This document shows, in pieces, positions 1 to 12,470 of a stretch of DNA of 64,000 bases. The notes beneath the pieces were generated by a model that was not told the origin of the DNA, searched no databases, and saw only the letters and a program-made list of their open reading frames with translations. Made by a program: the position numbers and the translations under genes. Origin of the DNA: Felis catus (taxonomy: Eukaryota); NCBI RefSeq assembly GCF_018350175.1, contig NC_058368.1, forward strand, positions 79,672,001 through 79,736,000. The letters are read 5' to 3'. The stretch's first letter is position 1. Each line of letters starts with the position of its first letter.

Positions 1-873
1 GTGAAAAGATGCTCAACATTACTAATCCTCAGGGAAATGCAAATCAAAACCACAGTGAGATATCACCTCACCCTTGTCAGAATGGTTAGTATTAAAAAGA
101 CAAGAAACAACAAGTGTTGGCAAGGATATGGAAAAAGGGAACCCTCGAACACTGTTCGTGGGAATGTAAATTGGTTCAACCACTGTGGAAAACAGTATGG
201 AGGTTCCTCAAAGGATTAGAAACAGAAATGCCATATGATCCAGTAATTCCTCTACTGGATATTTACCCAAGGAAAATGAAAACATGAATTTGAAAAAAAT
301 ATATGCATATATGTTTATTGCAGCATTATTTACAATAGCCATGGAATATAGAACAGGGAAGCAAGCCGACCATCTGTTAATAGATGAATGGATAGAGATG
401 TGATTTATATACACAATGGAATATCACTCAGCCATAAAACAATGACATCTCGCTACTTGTGACAACATGAGTGGACCCAGAGGGTATGATGCTAAATGAG
501 ATAAATCAGATGGGGAAAGACAAATACCATATGATCTCACTTACATGTGGAATCTGAAACACAGAGCAACCAAGCAAACAAAAACAAACAGAACAACTGG
601 TGGTTGCCTCAGGGGAGAGGGGTGGGGGGCGGGGTGAGATAGGTGAAGGGGATTACAAGGTACAAACTTCCAGTTGTAGAATAAATAAATCACAGAGACA
701 AAAAGTACAGCATAGGAGGTCCGTCAATAATATTGTAATAGTGTTGTCTGGTGACAGATGGCGGCTACACTTAGGGTGATGAGTGCTGAGCAGTTGACAG
801 AATTGTCCAACCACGAAGTTGTACACCTGACACTAAGAGAACACTCTCTGGTGATTATATTTCATAATAAAAA
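1..873 (+). mobile_element. LINE-1 3' end (ORF2 C-terminus remnant plus 3' UTR), carnivore/L1MA-like; continues off the left edge
   Basis: ORF 1..219 reads KRCSTLLILREMQIKTTVRYHLT...NNKCW, the L1 ORF2 C-terminal region. It is followed by typical L1 3' sequence (ccatatgatccagtaattcc, gatgaatggata) and ends in aataaaaaa near 870. Confidence 0.9.
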
Positions 874-999
874 ATGGAGAACTACTAAAAGATATCAAGA
901 CTTACTACACCACAATTATGAACAGAGTGTGTTGCCATCACAGAATAAATAAATAGACCCACTCACATGCATCTGTTGAACACAAAATTGGGGAGGTCG

Positions 1000-2525
1000 T
1001 ATTGCAGTGGGAGAAGTATATTCTTGTCAATAAACGTTGAGAATCCATGGCACGCCCCTGCTGTGCAAAGCCATTTGACTCCTACCGCACACCGCACTCA
1101 GAAGTCAATTCTACGTGGGTTGTAGATCTGAACATAAAATGTAAGGCATCTTTATGACCTTGGAGTAGGCAAATATTTCTTTTTTTTTTAATTTTTTAAA
1201 TGTTTTTATTTATTTTTGAAGGAGAGAGAGACAGAGAATGAGCGGGGGAGGAGCAGAGAGAGAGACATAGAATTTGAAGCAGGCTCCAGGCTCTGAGCCA
1301 TCAGCATAGAGCCCGATGCGGGGCTCGAACTCACGAACCGTGAGATCATGACCTGAGCTGACGTCGGACGCTTAACGGACTGAGCCACCAAGGCGCCCTG
1401 GCAAATATTTCTTAAACAGAATGAAAAATGTGCTGCCTAGAAAGGAGGGAGAAAGATAAACTTTCCTTCATTAAAGTTAACAACTTCTGCTCATGAAAAA
1501 ACACAATTAACAACTCAAAAAATGCAAACTGCCCAGTGGGTAGAGGCTTTGAAATACACATAGCTAACAAGAGACTTGTCAGAATTAAAGAAAAATCCCT
1601 AGGTATCTATCAGGAAAAAAGATTTTTAAAAATTAAAAAAAAAAAAAAGGCTGGCACGTGAAATGGTCTTTCCTGGAAGAGTCTGTCCACATAGCCAATA
1701 AGCACATAAGAAGGTGCTCAACTCAGCAGAGAAATGAAAATAAAATTAAGTAAGATGTCAGTTCCTAGTCACCAGAGTGGCTACAGTTATAAAACATAGA
1801 AAAGAAAGAAGGAAAGGGAAAAAGAGACAGAGAAAAGAGAAGGAAACTAGTAAGCAAGGGAGAAAAAGAGAGAGAAAGAAAAAACAAATGGCGGTTGCAA
1901 TGTTGGGGAGCGTGCAGGAGGGCTGGGGCTCCCGTGAGCTGGTGATATCTTCTAAACCTCAACACTGTGTATTCCACAATCCCACAATTCTACTCCTTAT
2001 ATACGTTCACCCCAAATGCATACAAATGTGCACCAAAGCCTTCAATGAAAATATCTCTAACCATATTATTTGTAAGAGTCCCAAACTTCAAACAACCCCT
2101 GTGTCCTTCAATAGTAAAATGATAAATGAATTGTGATGTAGACACACGACAGAACACTACCTACAATGAAAGTGGATGGAAGGGAGGCATGCCCAATACC
2201 CTGGATGCCTTTCACAGCATGATGTTAGAGAAAATGTCAGACACGCACTGTTACATTTTATATGATTCCATATTTATAACTTTCCAGGCCAGTAAATTAA
2301 TCTAATGTTGATAGAGATCAGGTTAGTGGTGGTCTTTGGGAAGGGGGAAGATTAGTGAGTGGGGGGGGGGGGATGAAAATGGCCTCTTGAGGGGCTGCCC
2401 ATGTTCTGTTCCTCAGTCTGGATGGGGGGAGACAAGTGTGTGCAGTTTGGGAAAGTTATCAGTCTGTGCATTTTTGATATATGCGGTTGTCAGAATGTAT
2501 ATTAACTTCAAGAATAAAAATACAT
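1000..2525 (+). mobile_element. Old, highly diverged L1M (L1MC/ME-like) 3' region, interrupted by a SINE
   Basis: Recognisable L1 motifs: tttatgaccttggagtaggcaaatatttcttaaac, aacaacttctgctc, ccaataagcacataagaaggtgctcaac, atatgattccatatttata. Confidence 0.65.
1182..1399 (-). mobile_element. Can-SINE (SINEC)
   Basis: tRNA-derived head, (CT)n region and poly-A on the minus strand; exact TSD ggcaaatatttctt at 1168-1181 and 1400-1413. Confidence 0.97.
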
Positions 2526-2527
2526 AA

Positions 2528-2752
2528 GGGCGCCTGGGTGACTCAGTCGGTTGAGCGTCTGACTTTGGCTTAGGTCATGATCTCACGGTTTGTGAGTTCA
2601 AGCCCCGCATCGGGCCCTGTGCTGACAGCTCAGAGCCTTGAGCCTGCTTCAGATTCTGTGTCTCCCTCTCTCTTTGACCCTCTCCCACTCTCTCTCTCTC
2701 TCTCTCAAAAATAAACATTAAAAAAATTTTTAATAAAGAGAAAAAAAGAAAA
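2528..2752 (+). mobile_element. Can-SINE (SINEC)
   Basis: gggcgcctgggtgactcagtcggttgagcg head, (CT)n, aataaa and A-rich tail. Confidence 0.96.
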
Positions 2753-2876
2753 ATATATTTTAAAACAGATAAGAAAAAGATTGTGGATATAAAATGTGTT
2801 GTTGCACCTGTCATCCGGCCATCGTTTATCATTTATCTTTCCCTCTTTTGATCGTCTCTGCATCATCTATAAACTC

Positions 2877-3305
2877 ACATTAGTTCTTTAGAGCTGCCAC
2901 AACAAAGCACCACAGCCTGGGTGGCTGAGACAGTAGGAACTTGTCCTCTCAGGGTCCGGAGGCAGAAGTGAGATCCAGGCGTGGGCACATTGGTTCCCTC
3001 TGCGGCTGGGAGAGAATCGATCCCTCTTCTCTCATTTCTGGTGGCTTGCTGGCGATCTGGGGTGTTTCTTGGCATGTAGACACATCACCCTGGTCACACG
3101 GTGTTCTCGGTGCATGTGCTTCCGTGTCCAAGTTTCCCCTTTTTATAAGGACACAGTCACAGTGAATTAGAGCCCACCGTGATGACCTCATCCTGCCTTG
3201 ACTGCATCTGTGAAGACCGTATTTCCAAATAAGGTCACATTCTGAGGTTTTGGGGTTGGGATTTCAACATCGGAATTGGGGGGAAGCATCATTCAGCCAG
3301 TAACA
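2877..3305 (-). mobile_element. MLT1-type (ERVL-MaLR) solo LTR
   Basis: Diagnostic MLT1 antisense motifs: gctgccacaacaaagcaccacagcctgggtggct, ttttataaggacac, gatgacctcatc, tatttccaaataaggtcacattctgagg, ending attcagcc..aaca. Confidence 0.85.
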
Positions 3306-4134
3306 CTACCTATCTGTGCGGATACACATACACACGTAGGCACACACCTAAGAAGGTTATAAAATATCTGCAGTCCTTTAAAGAAATCCTGCCTTTTGAT
3401 CAAAGCTTGTTCATGGAAAATACGATTTTATTCCAACACATACTGGCAAATTTTTACAGCTCAGTTCAGAATACATATACATTTTGTGTTTAACACACAA
3501 CCTGGGACAATAAAAAAAAAATGCAGCCACGCTAATTTAGCTCTAGATGTATGACTAAAACGTTGAAAATGGTCCAACATAATTTTTTGAGTGGAATTAT
3601 TGGTCCTTAATCAAAAATTACTCAGTGGAGGAAATGGTGTCACTGGTAGAAATTATAATTTGATTCCATCGCTGTTTCAGACATAGTTTTACAGAGACGT
3701 GCCAGCGTTTGATTAAAAACTGAGAAAACATTGCTGGAATGAATGCTTTGGATGGGCCACGGGCGGTGGAATTTCTGATTCGCGGCCGCGGGTCTTCGCG
3801 GTACCGGTTCGAGGGTGACCAAGCTCCCTTCGTGCCCCAAGCTGCCTGCTTGGCTCATGGTCCCAGGGGTGCACAGACCCCACAAGGAGCGTGTGCTTGG
3901 TTCTGTAGCATCGACGTTGCCCTGCTGTCAGCAGCATCCCCTTGCGTCCTGGAACCACGGATGGTGCGTCGGTGACACGTCCGGATGGGACCCAGGGCAG
4001 GTCACGTCTGCAGGTGCTTTGGAGAGAACAAAGCTTTCACACAGGCCATTTGTTTTGGTCTCTAGGACATTCTCCTGGTTTAGTAGGACCCTTTCGTCAT
4101 CCCTGTATTGAAATGCATTAAAGAGATAAGGGGA

Positions 4135-4346
4135 GGGGCGCCTGGGGGGGCTCTGTCGGTTGAGCGTCCGACTTCAGCTCAGGTCAAGATCTCACGGTTC
4201 GTGAGTTCCAGCCCTGCGTCGGGCCCTGTGCTGACAGCTCAGAGCCTGGAGCCTGCTTCGGATTCTGCGTCGCCCTCGCTCTCTGCCCTCCCCACTTGTG
4301 CTCTGTCTCTCTCTCTCAAAAACAAACAAAAAAAACATTAAAAAAA
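4135..4346 (+). mobile_element. Can-SINE (SINEC)
   Basis: Full head, body and tail; TSD approximately agaga(t/g)aagggga on both sides. Confidence 0.96.
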
Positions 4347-5126
4347 GAGAGAGAAGGGGAGTGGCTCACGTGCCTCCCAACGTTCAATGTGAGGTTTGAA
4401 CCTGCCAGTCCCTGGATGTCCTTAGCACCATGCTGGGCACACAGACGGCGTTCCTCTCTGTGGTGACCTTACAGTGACTCTCAGTGTTATTACCTGCCCA
4501 AGATCATATGGCTCAGAAAATTCCCAGAAGGAATCGCGACCCCTTAGGTCGTCAGATTTCAGACGTACCTCGTATTGCCTCGGTAATACTGGAGCAAAGG
4601 ATTACAAATCCTGAGAAACCATGGTCACTCCCACAGAAGCAGCATTCTGGCTTTAGGCTGACCCCTGTCAGCCCGCTGGATGGACTGTCACGTGAGCACC
4701 GGTTGAAGACACACGAGGAAAAAATCCAGTTACCATCACAACTTCTACGAAACCCCAGCCCGGGCTTGTCCCGTTCACTCCATGTCACATTAGTCAGGGA
4801 GGCTCGGTACAGGACGCGGGGCAGACAGGGGGACACATCTGCCCAATGGCCTCTGTCACCGAGAAGCCGAGGAAAATGCCATTCTTCTGAAGCCTCTCCT
4901 CTCGTCCATTCCCGGAGGCAGGCCTTGCGGCCTCCTTCCAGATGGAAGGAGAAAGGCCACGTTTCTGGAAATGAACAGTCACTTGAAAAACAATCAGGCA
5001 TCAGCCCCACGTAAGCCGTCTGCGGCACATAGACCGCCGGGTGAAGAAAAGCCACGAAGGAGAAGACGGGCATCTCAAGAGTCACTCTGTCATCTCTCTA
5101 GCCTGGCATGGACCTAGGTGCGAACC

Positions 5127-5220
5127 GAGGTTGGACTGAGGTGTGGACAGAGGCGTGGACAGAGGCGTGGACGAGGGGAGGACTGAGGGGAGGACAGAGA
5201 TGAGGACAGAGGTGTGGCCC
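5127..5220. repeat. Minisatellite, about 12 bp unit (gaggNgtggaca-like), about 8 copies
   Basis: Units read directly: gaggttggact / gaggtgtggaca / gaggcgtggaca / gaggcgtggac / gaggggaggact / gaggggaggaca / gagatgaggaca / gaggtgtggccc. Confidence 0.85.
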
Positions 5221-8200
5221 CAGAGGGAGGCCCACAAAGCAGGGACTGCCATCTCTCATTGGTCTCCAGGAGGCCTTTCTTTGCTCTTAGAGAGTAAATT
5301 ACAAACTCTGAGACACTGCATGAAGAAGAAGCTGGATGAGAGACACCAGGAAGTATCTGCTGGAACGAGAAAGGAAGGGTTGGGCTGAGTGGAACTGGAA
5401 TGTCTCCTTTCACTCCCCAGGGTCCCACGTGACTCCACCCAGTAGGGGACTATCAGCAGGTGCACAACTGTGACGCTTCATACAAGTGATACCGAGTCAG
5501 CACGTGTCTGCAGGGAAAGGAAAGAGTGGGGATCTTTCCGTCCGTGCCCCTCACCGCACTGCCTGTGCCCTGGAGGAAGAACCACGGGTCACCATTGTCC
5601 CCAAACCCGGCTGCTGCTGGGAATGACCTTGAGGTGCCCTGGCAGGTGCCAGCCACTCAGCATCTCCACGACCTCATAGAAGCCACATCACCCCTCGGCC
5701 TCAGTCTCCCCGACTGGACACCAGATGGCACAGAACCACCGCCCAGGGAAGTCGGGAGGGCTAAACTGAATATTTCGACAAAGGGCTAAACGGCACCTGA
5801 GAGCTAGTAACTGCTTGGTCAGTGCGCTGACTGCGTGGGGGGCTACCTGCATGTCCGCTGTAGAAAGAGCCCCCAGGAGACCCTGAAGGGATTAGCGCTC
5901 CAGACTCTCATTTCAGAAGCTCTGGATCACGCGACCTGCCCGAAGTCTCTCGACTCATCGGTGACCGCCTTAGAAGTAGGACATCCGCCCTGCACCCCAC
6001 CCTGCCACTCCCTTTCACTCCCCCTCCGCCAGCCCTCCTCGCCCACCTTGCTGTCTCGCTCAGGGGCCCATGGCGGCCACGGCAGGCAGTGTGACAGGGT
6101 AGTGTCTCTGCATATAGCGGTTTTCTGCCTTTGGGGCCATTCTCTGCTCTTTGTGGGACAAACTCTTACTTAGCCTCAAAACTCTGTGCTGCTTTGGGCT
6201 TGGAAATCTCCACGGCACGCACACCCCATCCCGTGGCTTGTCACAGCGAGCTGTGCTTGCTGATTTCGTTCCCTGTCATGAAACACGTATGGGTTTTCTG
6301 TGATGGGCCGGGTACAGGACAGGATAGCCCCTCCCCCCCGCCCCCCGCTCAGTGAAGGAGGTAGGACAGGAATTTGGACAGGTCAAGGGCGATCCCAAGA
6401 ACACGAGGAGACATGTGTGCATCATGAGAACCAAAGGGGCTCCAGGAGAAGTGATACCTCACATAAGACGCCCCAAACCAGGTGACGGTGGAGGAGGGGA
6501 CTCGAGGGAAGAGCCTGGGTACAGTCTGGTGTCCCCTCCGGTGGACCCTGAGCCACTCAAGAAAGCCAACTGTGTTCATCTGGCCTGCCTCTCGGCCTGT
6601 GGCAAGCAGTCAGCAAGTGGTTAAATGAACCCTGGGTGCAGCTGCAGGGGTACATACAGCATGGCTGAGAGGGCCCCAGGAGAGACTCCTTCTTCCTGTT
6701 CATTTTGTAGCTCAGATTCATAAGTCCTTCCTGCAAAAGAGGAGGGAGTGTGGATGGCCAGCCATCCCGTGGCAACGCTCGCAACCGCAGTCTGGGACAC
6801 CAAGGAGAAAATGTGGATCGCATCCTCCGTCGGTCCAGGCCCTCGACGTGGGGACCGAGGCGCAAAATCAACCTGCCAGGTGTGTCACGGGTTGGCACTG
6901 AGAAGGGTGAAGGGCAGCAATCCTGAACGCGACGGCCATTTGCAACGATAAGACATCTTGCAGATTTATATTCAAAACGGCCAAGAGAGGAGATCAGAAA
7001 TACATGCCCCCATTTTTCTCTTAACTGCTATTCTGAGGTCAGCAAGGTGAATTGTAGCTGTGTATGTAAATCAGCATCCTGCCCGGGGAACACTCACATA
7101 CCCCTGAAAGTCGGGACTAAGAGGTAACCAGAGAGGATGAGGCGACCCCTTCACCTCCTTTTCCTCAGCGTCTGTCCCACGTGCAGCCTTGTTTGAATGC
7201 CGTCGGCTCAGTCACAGCTTTGACAAAGAAGCAATTTACTGGGAGGGGACGCACTGCCTGGTTTGGAGACGCTAAGAGGGGAGGTTGTTTTTTTAAAGGC
7301 CGATGGGAAAAACTGGTGGCGTTTGTTCCCTCCAATGATGGCATAAAGACCCTGCTAATGTTTCTGGCACTATGGCCCCAAGGAGGCTGATTTCCAGTCC
7401 AGGAAAGGTGAGAGGCTGGAAAGACATCTTAACCTGCAGTGCCTGGGGCTTCTCGGTCCCTTTTAATTGGCTCCATGGATGGGATCACCCACATCGTTTC
7501 AGAAGGGGCGTGGAAATGACGCTGTCCATTCCCACAGCGTATCAGCATCAAGTTGTATGTTTCCTGAAACAAACAAACAAAACAAAATAAAACAAAGCAA
7601 AACAAAAACTGTGAGTTTCCTCCTGGTGGAGACAGAGCTTACCTGGAGGTAATATGTCGTTACGTTTCTTACGAAGGTTTCCGAGAGAGACAGTTACCCA
7701 AAGACTCAGTTTTCCAGTCCCATCCCCGGTCACCTCCTGCACACTTGTCAGCTATTTTCATACCCAACTCTCATTACCGCCTCTGGGGGAGAACTGGGAA
7801 CAAGGAACAGGGCAGGCCCTGCTCGCCTCCCTCTGCCCCTGCTCTGACTCAGACTCCCCCAGGCAGGCGGAGACGGTGGCACCACCCACAGAGGGGCCGA
7901 CCTCCAGCCGCCGACCCCAGGGCACGGGTAGTCCGTGGTGCCAGCCGGTGGCAAACCTCAGGGATACTCAGTTGGGGGAAAAAAATTCCAAAAGAGAAGC
8001 TCTATAGAAATGGTGATTTTGCCGTGCGTTGTTTTGCTTCCATCAGGAGGAAGAATACTGCTGCAGGCAAAGCCACAGTCACTCACTGGGGGACACTGCC
8101 AGATTCCTGCAGCCCGTACTATGTGAGGGGCATGGGACTCCCAGCCCGTTCATGTCCGGACTCGGCCTTCGGGGCCTTTCCCCCAGAGCACCTGCAGACC

Positions 8201-8859
8201 GACCTCCTTCCCGCAGGCTGTCATTGCACAGAGGCCCCCTGACAACACAGGGGCCTGGAGAACGGAGTGGGTATGTGGTGGCCCTCTAGTCCCCAGCCTG
8301 CGGGATATAACTGTCTTCCTGACCCACTGAGGCCATGACACCCTGGCCACACGTAGAAATGAGCCTCAGTCCCTGGAGAATCCACTGTTTACCCCCAGCT
8401 GCTGTCGTGTTTCCACTGAAACTATCTGCACACAAACGCCCGTCTCCTGGTCCGCTTGGGGACAGCCTCGGGAGACACTGCCCTCCAGGTGGCTACGAAG
8501 AGGGAGGGGACCACACGGGTACCAGCACCCACCCCACACCCTGCACACGTGAGCTCACACAGCTTGTGTAGCAATCCCGGGGGGCGTCCTCACGGGACAC
8601 TGGTCCTTACCCTGTACCCTGGCTCTGCCGGGGCCCTGATCCCAGCCTGCCCTCACCCCCTCTCCTCTGCCATCCTTCCTCCTTCCTGTTGACCATCATC
8701 TCCTACCTTCAGATCTCTGTCCTAGTCTCAAAGTTGGGCACTTCTTCATTAATGTGCTCATAGACTTTACCTCTTTCAGCGGCCAGCTCAGCTTTCATTC
8801 CATCTGACCACAAGTCTCCCTCTAACGACCTGGGCACAGAGGGAACTTGATCTCTTACG

Positions 8860-8895
<36 letters not shown>

Positions 8896-9054
8896 TCGAG
8901 AGAATGAGAGCAGGACAGAGGAAGAGAGAGAATCCCAGCAGTCTCCACACTCAATGCAGAACCCGATGCGCGACTCTATCCCACGAGCCGGGGACCATGA
9001 CCTGAGCTGAAATCAACAGTTGACGCCCAACCAACGGAGCCACCCAGGTGCCCC
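8860..9054 (-). mobile_element. Can-SINE with tail expanded into (TTTC)n
   Basis: (tttc)n at 8860-8897, then gagagaatcccagcag...gagccacccaggtgcccc. Confidence 0.92.
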
Positions 9055-9092
9055 ACATCTGACTTTTTCTTCTTTTTAAAAAAAATTTTTTT

Positions 9093-9302
9093 GGGGGCGC
9101 CTGGGTGGCTCGGTCGGTTAAGTGTCCGACTTCGGCTCAGGTCACGATCTCGCAGTCCGTGAGTTCGAGCCCCGCGTCGGGCTCTGTGCTGACAGCTCGG
9201 AGCCTGGAGCCTGTTTCGGATTCTGTGTCTCCTTCTCTCTCTGCCCCTCCCCCGTTCACGCTCTGTCTCTCTCTGTCTCAAAAATAAATAAACGTTAAAA
9301 AA
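9093..9302 (+). mobile_element. Young Can-SINE (SINEC_Fc-like), nested in the poly-T tail of the adjacent minus-strand SINE
   Basis: CpG-intact body; flanked on both sides by aaaaaaaattttttt. Confidence 0.96.
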
Positions 9303-9309
9303 AATTTTT

Positions 9310-9539
9310 TTTAATTTTTTTTTGAATTTCCTTTAATCTTTATTTTTGAGACAGAGAGAGACAGAGCATGAGTGGCAGAGGGGCAGAGAGAGAAGGAGAC
9401 ACAGAATCCGAAACAGGCTCCAGGTTCCGAGCTGTCAGCACAGAGCCCGACGCAGGGCTTGAACTCACAAAATGCGAGTTCATGACCTGAGCTGAAATCA
9501 ACAGTTGACGCTCAACCAACGGAGCCACCCATGTGCCCC
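9310..9539 (-). mobile_element. Can-SINE (SINEC)
   Basis: Body and head on the minus strand; probable TSD tctgactttttctt at 9058-9071 and 9543-9556. Confidence 0.95.
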
Positions 9540-10544
9540 AGGTCTGACTTTTTCTTATCTTTTAATTTGACTCCCATCACGTAAATTTGCTCAAAGACAA
9601 GCCACCAACACACTCCATCTTCTATAACAAGAAGAGTAAAGCACTGGAGTAAGGAGGAGGATGTTCCTGTTTAAACAGCAACATGACCTGAAGCCGTCAC
9701 CCGCCGTCTTCCCTTGTCTCCCCACGATGCACATAAGGCCCATGGCTGTCACTTCCGCGGCTGCGGATTCTACCATGTGTAAAACCCTGCTCTTCTCCAC
9801 TTACGACTTCACCAGGCAGCGAGAGGACTGGAAAGAAATAGGGCAGATGAGCACATAGCTGACACTGTACCCGTTACTAAGTCAGTGGAAAGGGTAGAGC
9901 GTGGCCGACTCCAAATAAATCCTTCTGTATTCTGGGGCCAGAGGGTTGAGGAGCAAATGTGGAGATGAGAGGTGCCGAGGGAGAGGTGGACATCGTCTCG
10001 CTTTGGAATTCTGTTGCTAAATCGCGTTTCATTTCCAAGAATTTACTCCATCTGTTACCCTCCTAACACTGTCTAGACAATTTCAAAGTATTACATAATT
10101 CATAGTGGCTGAATATTTTCCTGTTTACTACAGAGCTAGTCTACAAAGGTCACTGATAAAATAATCTTTTTAACTGGTATGAGAAACATCTCAAAAATCC
10201 AAGAAACTCAAGAGTCAACCACACCAGTACTTTTCGATACTGATTCATGGATAAAATAAAACCACAACAGGCCTGATTGTCCTTGGTTTCTGGCAAGGTT
10301 TTGACAGATGTCAAAAAGAGAGACCGGTTCGTCTCTGCACCAGTAAATGAAGACTATTGTCTGCGGACAGCCTTTTCATTTTGCGGTGGCCTGCTGAGCA
10401 GAAACCTAATGCTGGTGGCACAGGACAGCCTGCCCTAGTTAGAGACCAGAGCTGAGTTAATGCATCGTGCGTCGCAAAATAACATTTTTGGAATGCATTT
10501 AATGGAGACAGTGAGCGCTTTGACTAAAAAGATAATAAAAAAGA

Positions 10545-10716
10545 GAAAAGGAAGCAAAGCAGAAAGACAGAGAGAGACAGAGGGAGAGAGGAGGGAGGGA
10601 GCATGAAAAGGAAGGAAGGAAAGGAGGAAGGAAGGAGGGAAGGAAGGAAGGAAGGAAGGAAGGAAGGAAGGAAGGGAGGAAGGGAGGAAGGGAGGAAGGA
10701 AAGGAGGGAGGCAGGA
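10545..10716. repeat. Purine-rich (GGAA/GGGA)n microsatellite
   Basis: Direct reading of the sequence. Confidence 0.95.
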
Positions 10717-11742
10717 AGTTAGTTCCCTTCCTTCAGGTCGCTTCCCTTTGGGACAGGTGCCAGGATTTGATCACTAAGAATGGACATTTGGGTTTCCAAA
10801 CAGAAGGCTCACATTTGTCATTCTTGAGCTTGCAAGCGCTCCCACATGCACAGCCACCGTGTCCCACGGGGTGAGGGGTACCCGGGGATGCCTGCCTCGG
10901 GACATCCTGGTGCAGAGCAAGAGTGGCCATGCAAGAGGCCAGGACTGGGGGCCAGACTGGGTTCTCTGTGTGTTTCCAGGCCCCTCTCCAACCCAAGTAT
11001 CTACCAACTGGCAGAGAATTAACAGATCTTTTTCTGGTTAATAGTGCATTTTGTTATTAATTCCATCACTTTTTATTTTACGTGTGCAAACGGGATTCCT
11101 GTGAGATTCAGGGGAGGGGATGCCACGTTGTCTTTCTGAATAGTGACCTAGCAGTATCCTTTCCCGGACCCAGGCGACCCAACCCCTGAGCTGGGGGTTC
11201 CCATCTTTGCTCCATGAGTGGGGGTCCCCGCCCCTGGCAGCGCTCGACCCTCCCACCCTGTCTGGAAGGACAGCCCTGCAAAGCCATTGGAAGGGCTTCT
11301 TGTGAGGACCCTGGAGCAGAGTGGTTGCCACATGGTGGCCTCCATGCTCCTTCTCGGGGTTTCCAAATCCATGTCTCCTCCCAGGACCCCAGGCTCTGCA
11401 GGGACAGGGTCTTTAGGTAGAGAAATAGAAGAAAGCTGAGCTTTGAAGCAGAGCACCTGTGACTTTCCTAGTTTCTTTCCGGGATAAACATCAGTGTCCC
11501 GAACTAGCCCGAAACAAAATTTTGACAGCCTCTGGGACATACTAATTTTTAAAATAGTACAAGTCTCGGGGTGGACCTGTGGCCCAGAAGTGGAGCCCAC
11601 GTGCTAGTGGAATAACCCGTGTTACACAGGCACGGTGTGGGGGCTTGAGGTTTTCACAGCGCATATCAGTCACGCAGTCATACCAGGGTCTTGAAATTTA
11701 TTCCGATTGGATCCTTAAACTTTCATCAACTTAATTATTTTA

Positions 11743-11932
11743 GGGGCGCTGGACGCCTCACTTGGTTAAGTGTCCAACTCTTGACTTCGGCTCAGGTCAT
11801 CATCTCACAATTCGTGGGTTCAAGCCCCGTGTCAGGTTCTGTGCTGACAGCTCAGATTCTGCTTGGGATTCTCTCTGTCTCTCTGCCCCTCCCCTGCTCT
11901 CTCTCTCTCAAAATAAATAAACATTTTTCAAA
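11743..11932 (+). mobile_element. Can-SINE (SINEC)
   Basis: Head, body and tail; TSD aattatttta on both sides. Confidence 0.94.
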
Positions 11933-12336
11933 GGAATTATTTTAGAAGAAATAGAAATACTTTACCCATAGAAACTAAGTAAAATACTGTTTTGAGAGTT
12001 AGATTTCACACACACAAAAAGCATAAATATAAGAAGGATATGTGTCCTCAGCTCCGTGGAATCTTAGAATGTGTCTGAGGCCCAGACTCATCAAAAAATA
12101 ACCCTACATTTTGGTCAACATTTTTGCAAAGTTAATTTGGATTAGCCATGTTAGAAATCAATTTCTGACCATCATCTGTGGTTTAAATTTACATATATAT
12201 TGGAAATCTCTGTGGGTTGAATTTTACAATAAATAACGACATTATGTTAGTATATATGACAATATATGTCATTCTATTGCATCATTATTTGGTTGGCGAT
12301 AACCTGGTTACCCTCCACATTTCACATGGATATAAA

Positions 12337-12470
12337 CACACACACACACACACATATGTACATACATTTTATTTTATATATAGTTTATGTATATAAGTAT
12401 AATCTATATAGCGTATTTTACATAGATATTATATATAGTATAAATATATTTGTATATTTTATATGTATAA
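12337..12470. repeat. (CA)n followed by degenerate (TA)-rich low-complexity tract
   Basis: Direct reading of the sequence. Confidence 0.85.

Noticed and set aside
1206..1391. Recurrent ORFs of the type MAQSVKRPTSAQVMISRFVSSSPASGS, seen many times across the window
   Set aside because: These are translations of Can-SINE bodies, not a gene family.
4484..5085. Overlapping 176 aa and 177 aa ORFs on opposite strands
   Set aside because: No recognisable domain, non-ATG starts and no exon structure; expected by chance in GC-rich DNA.
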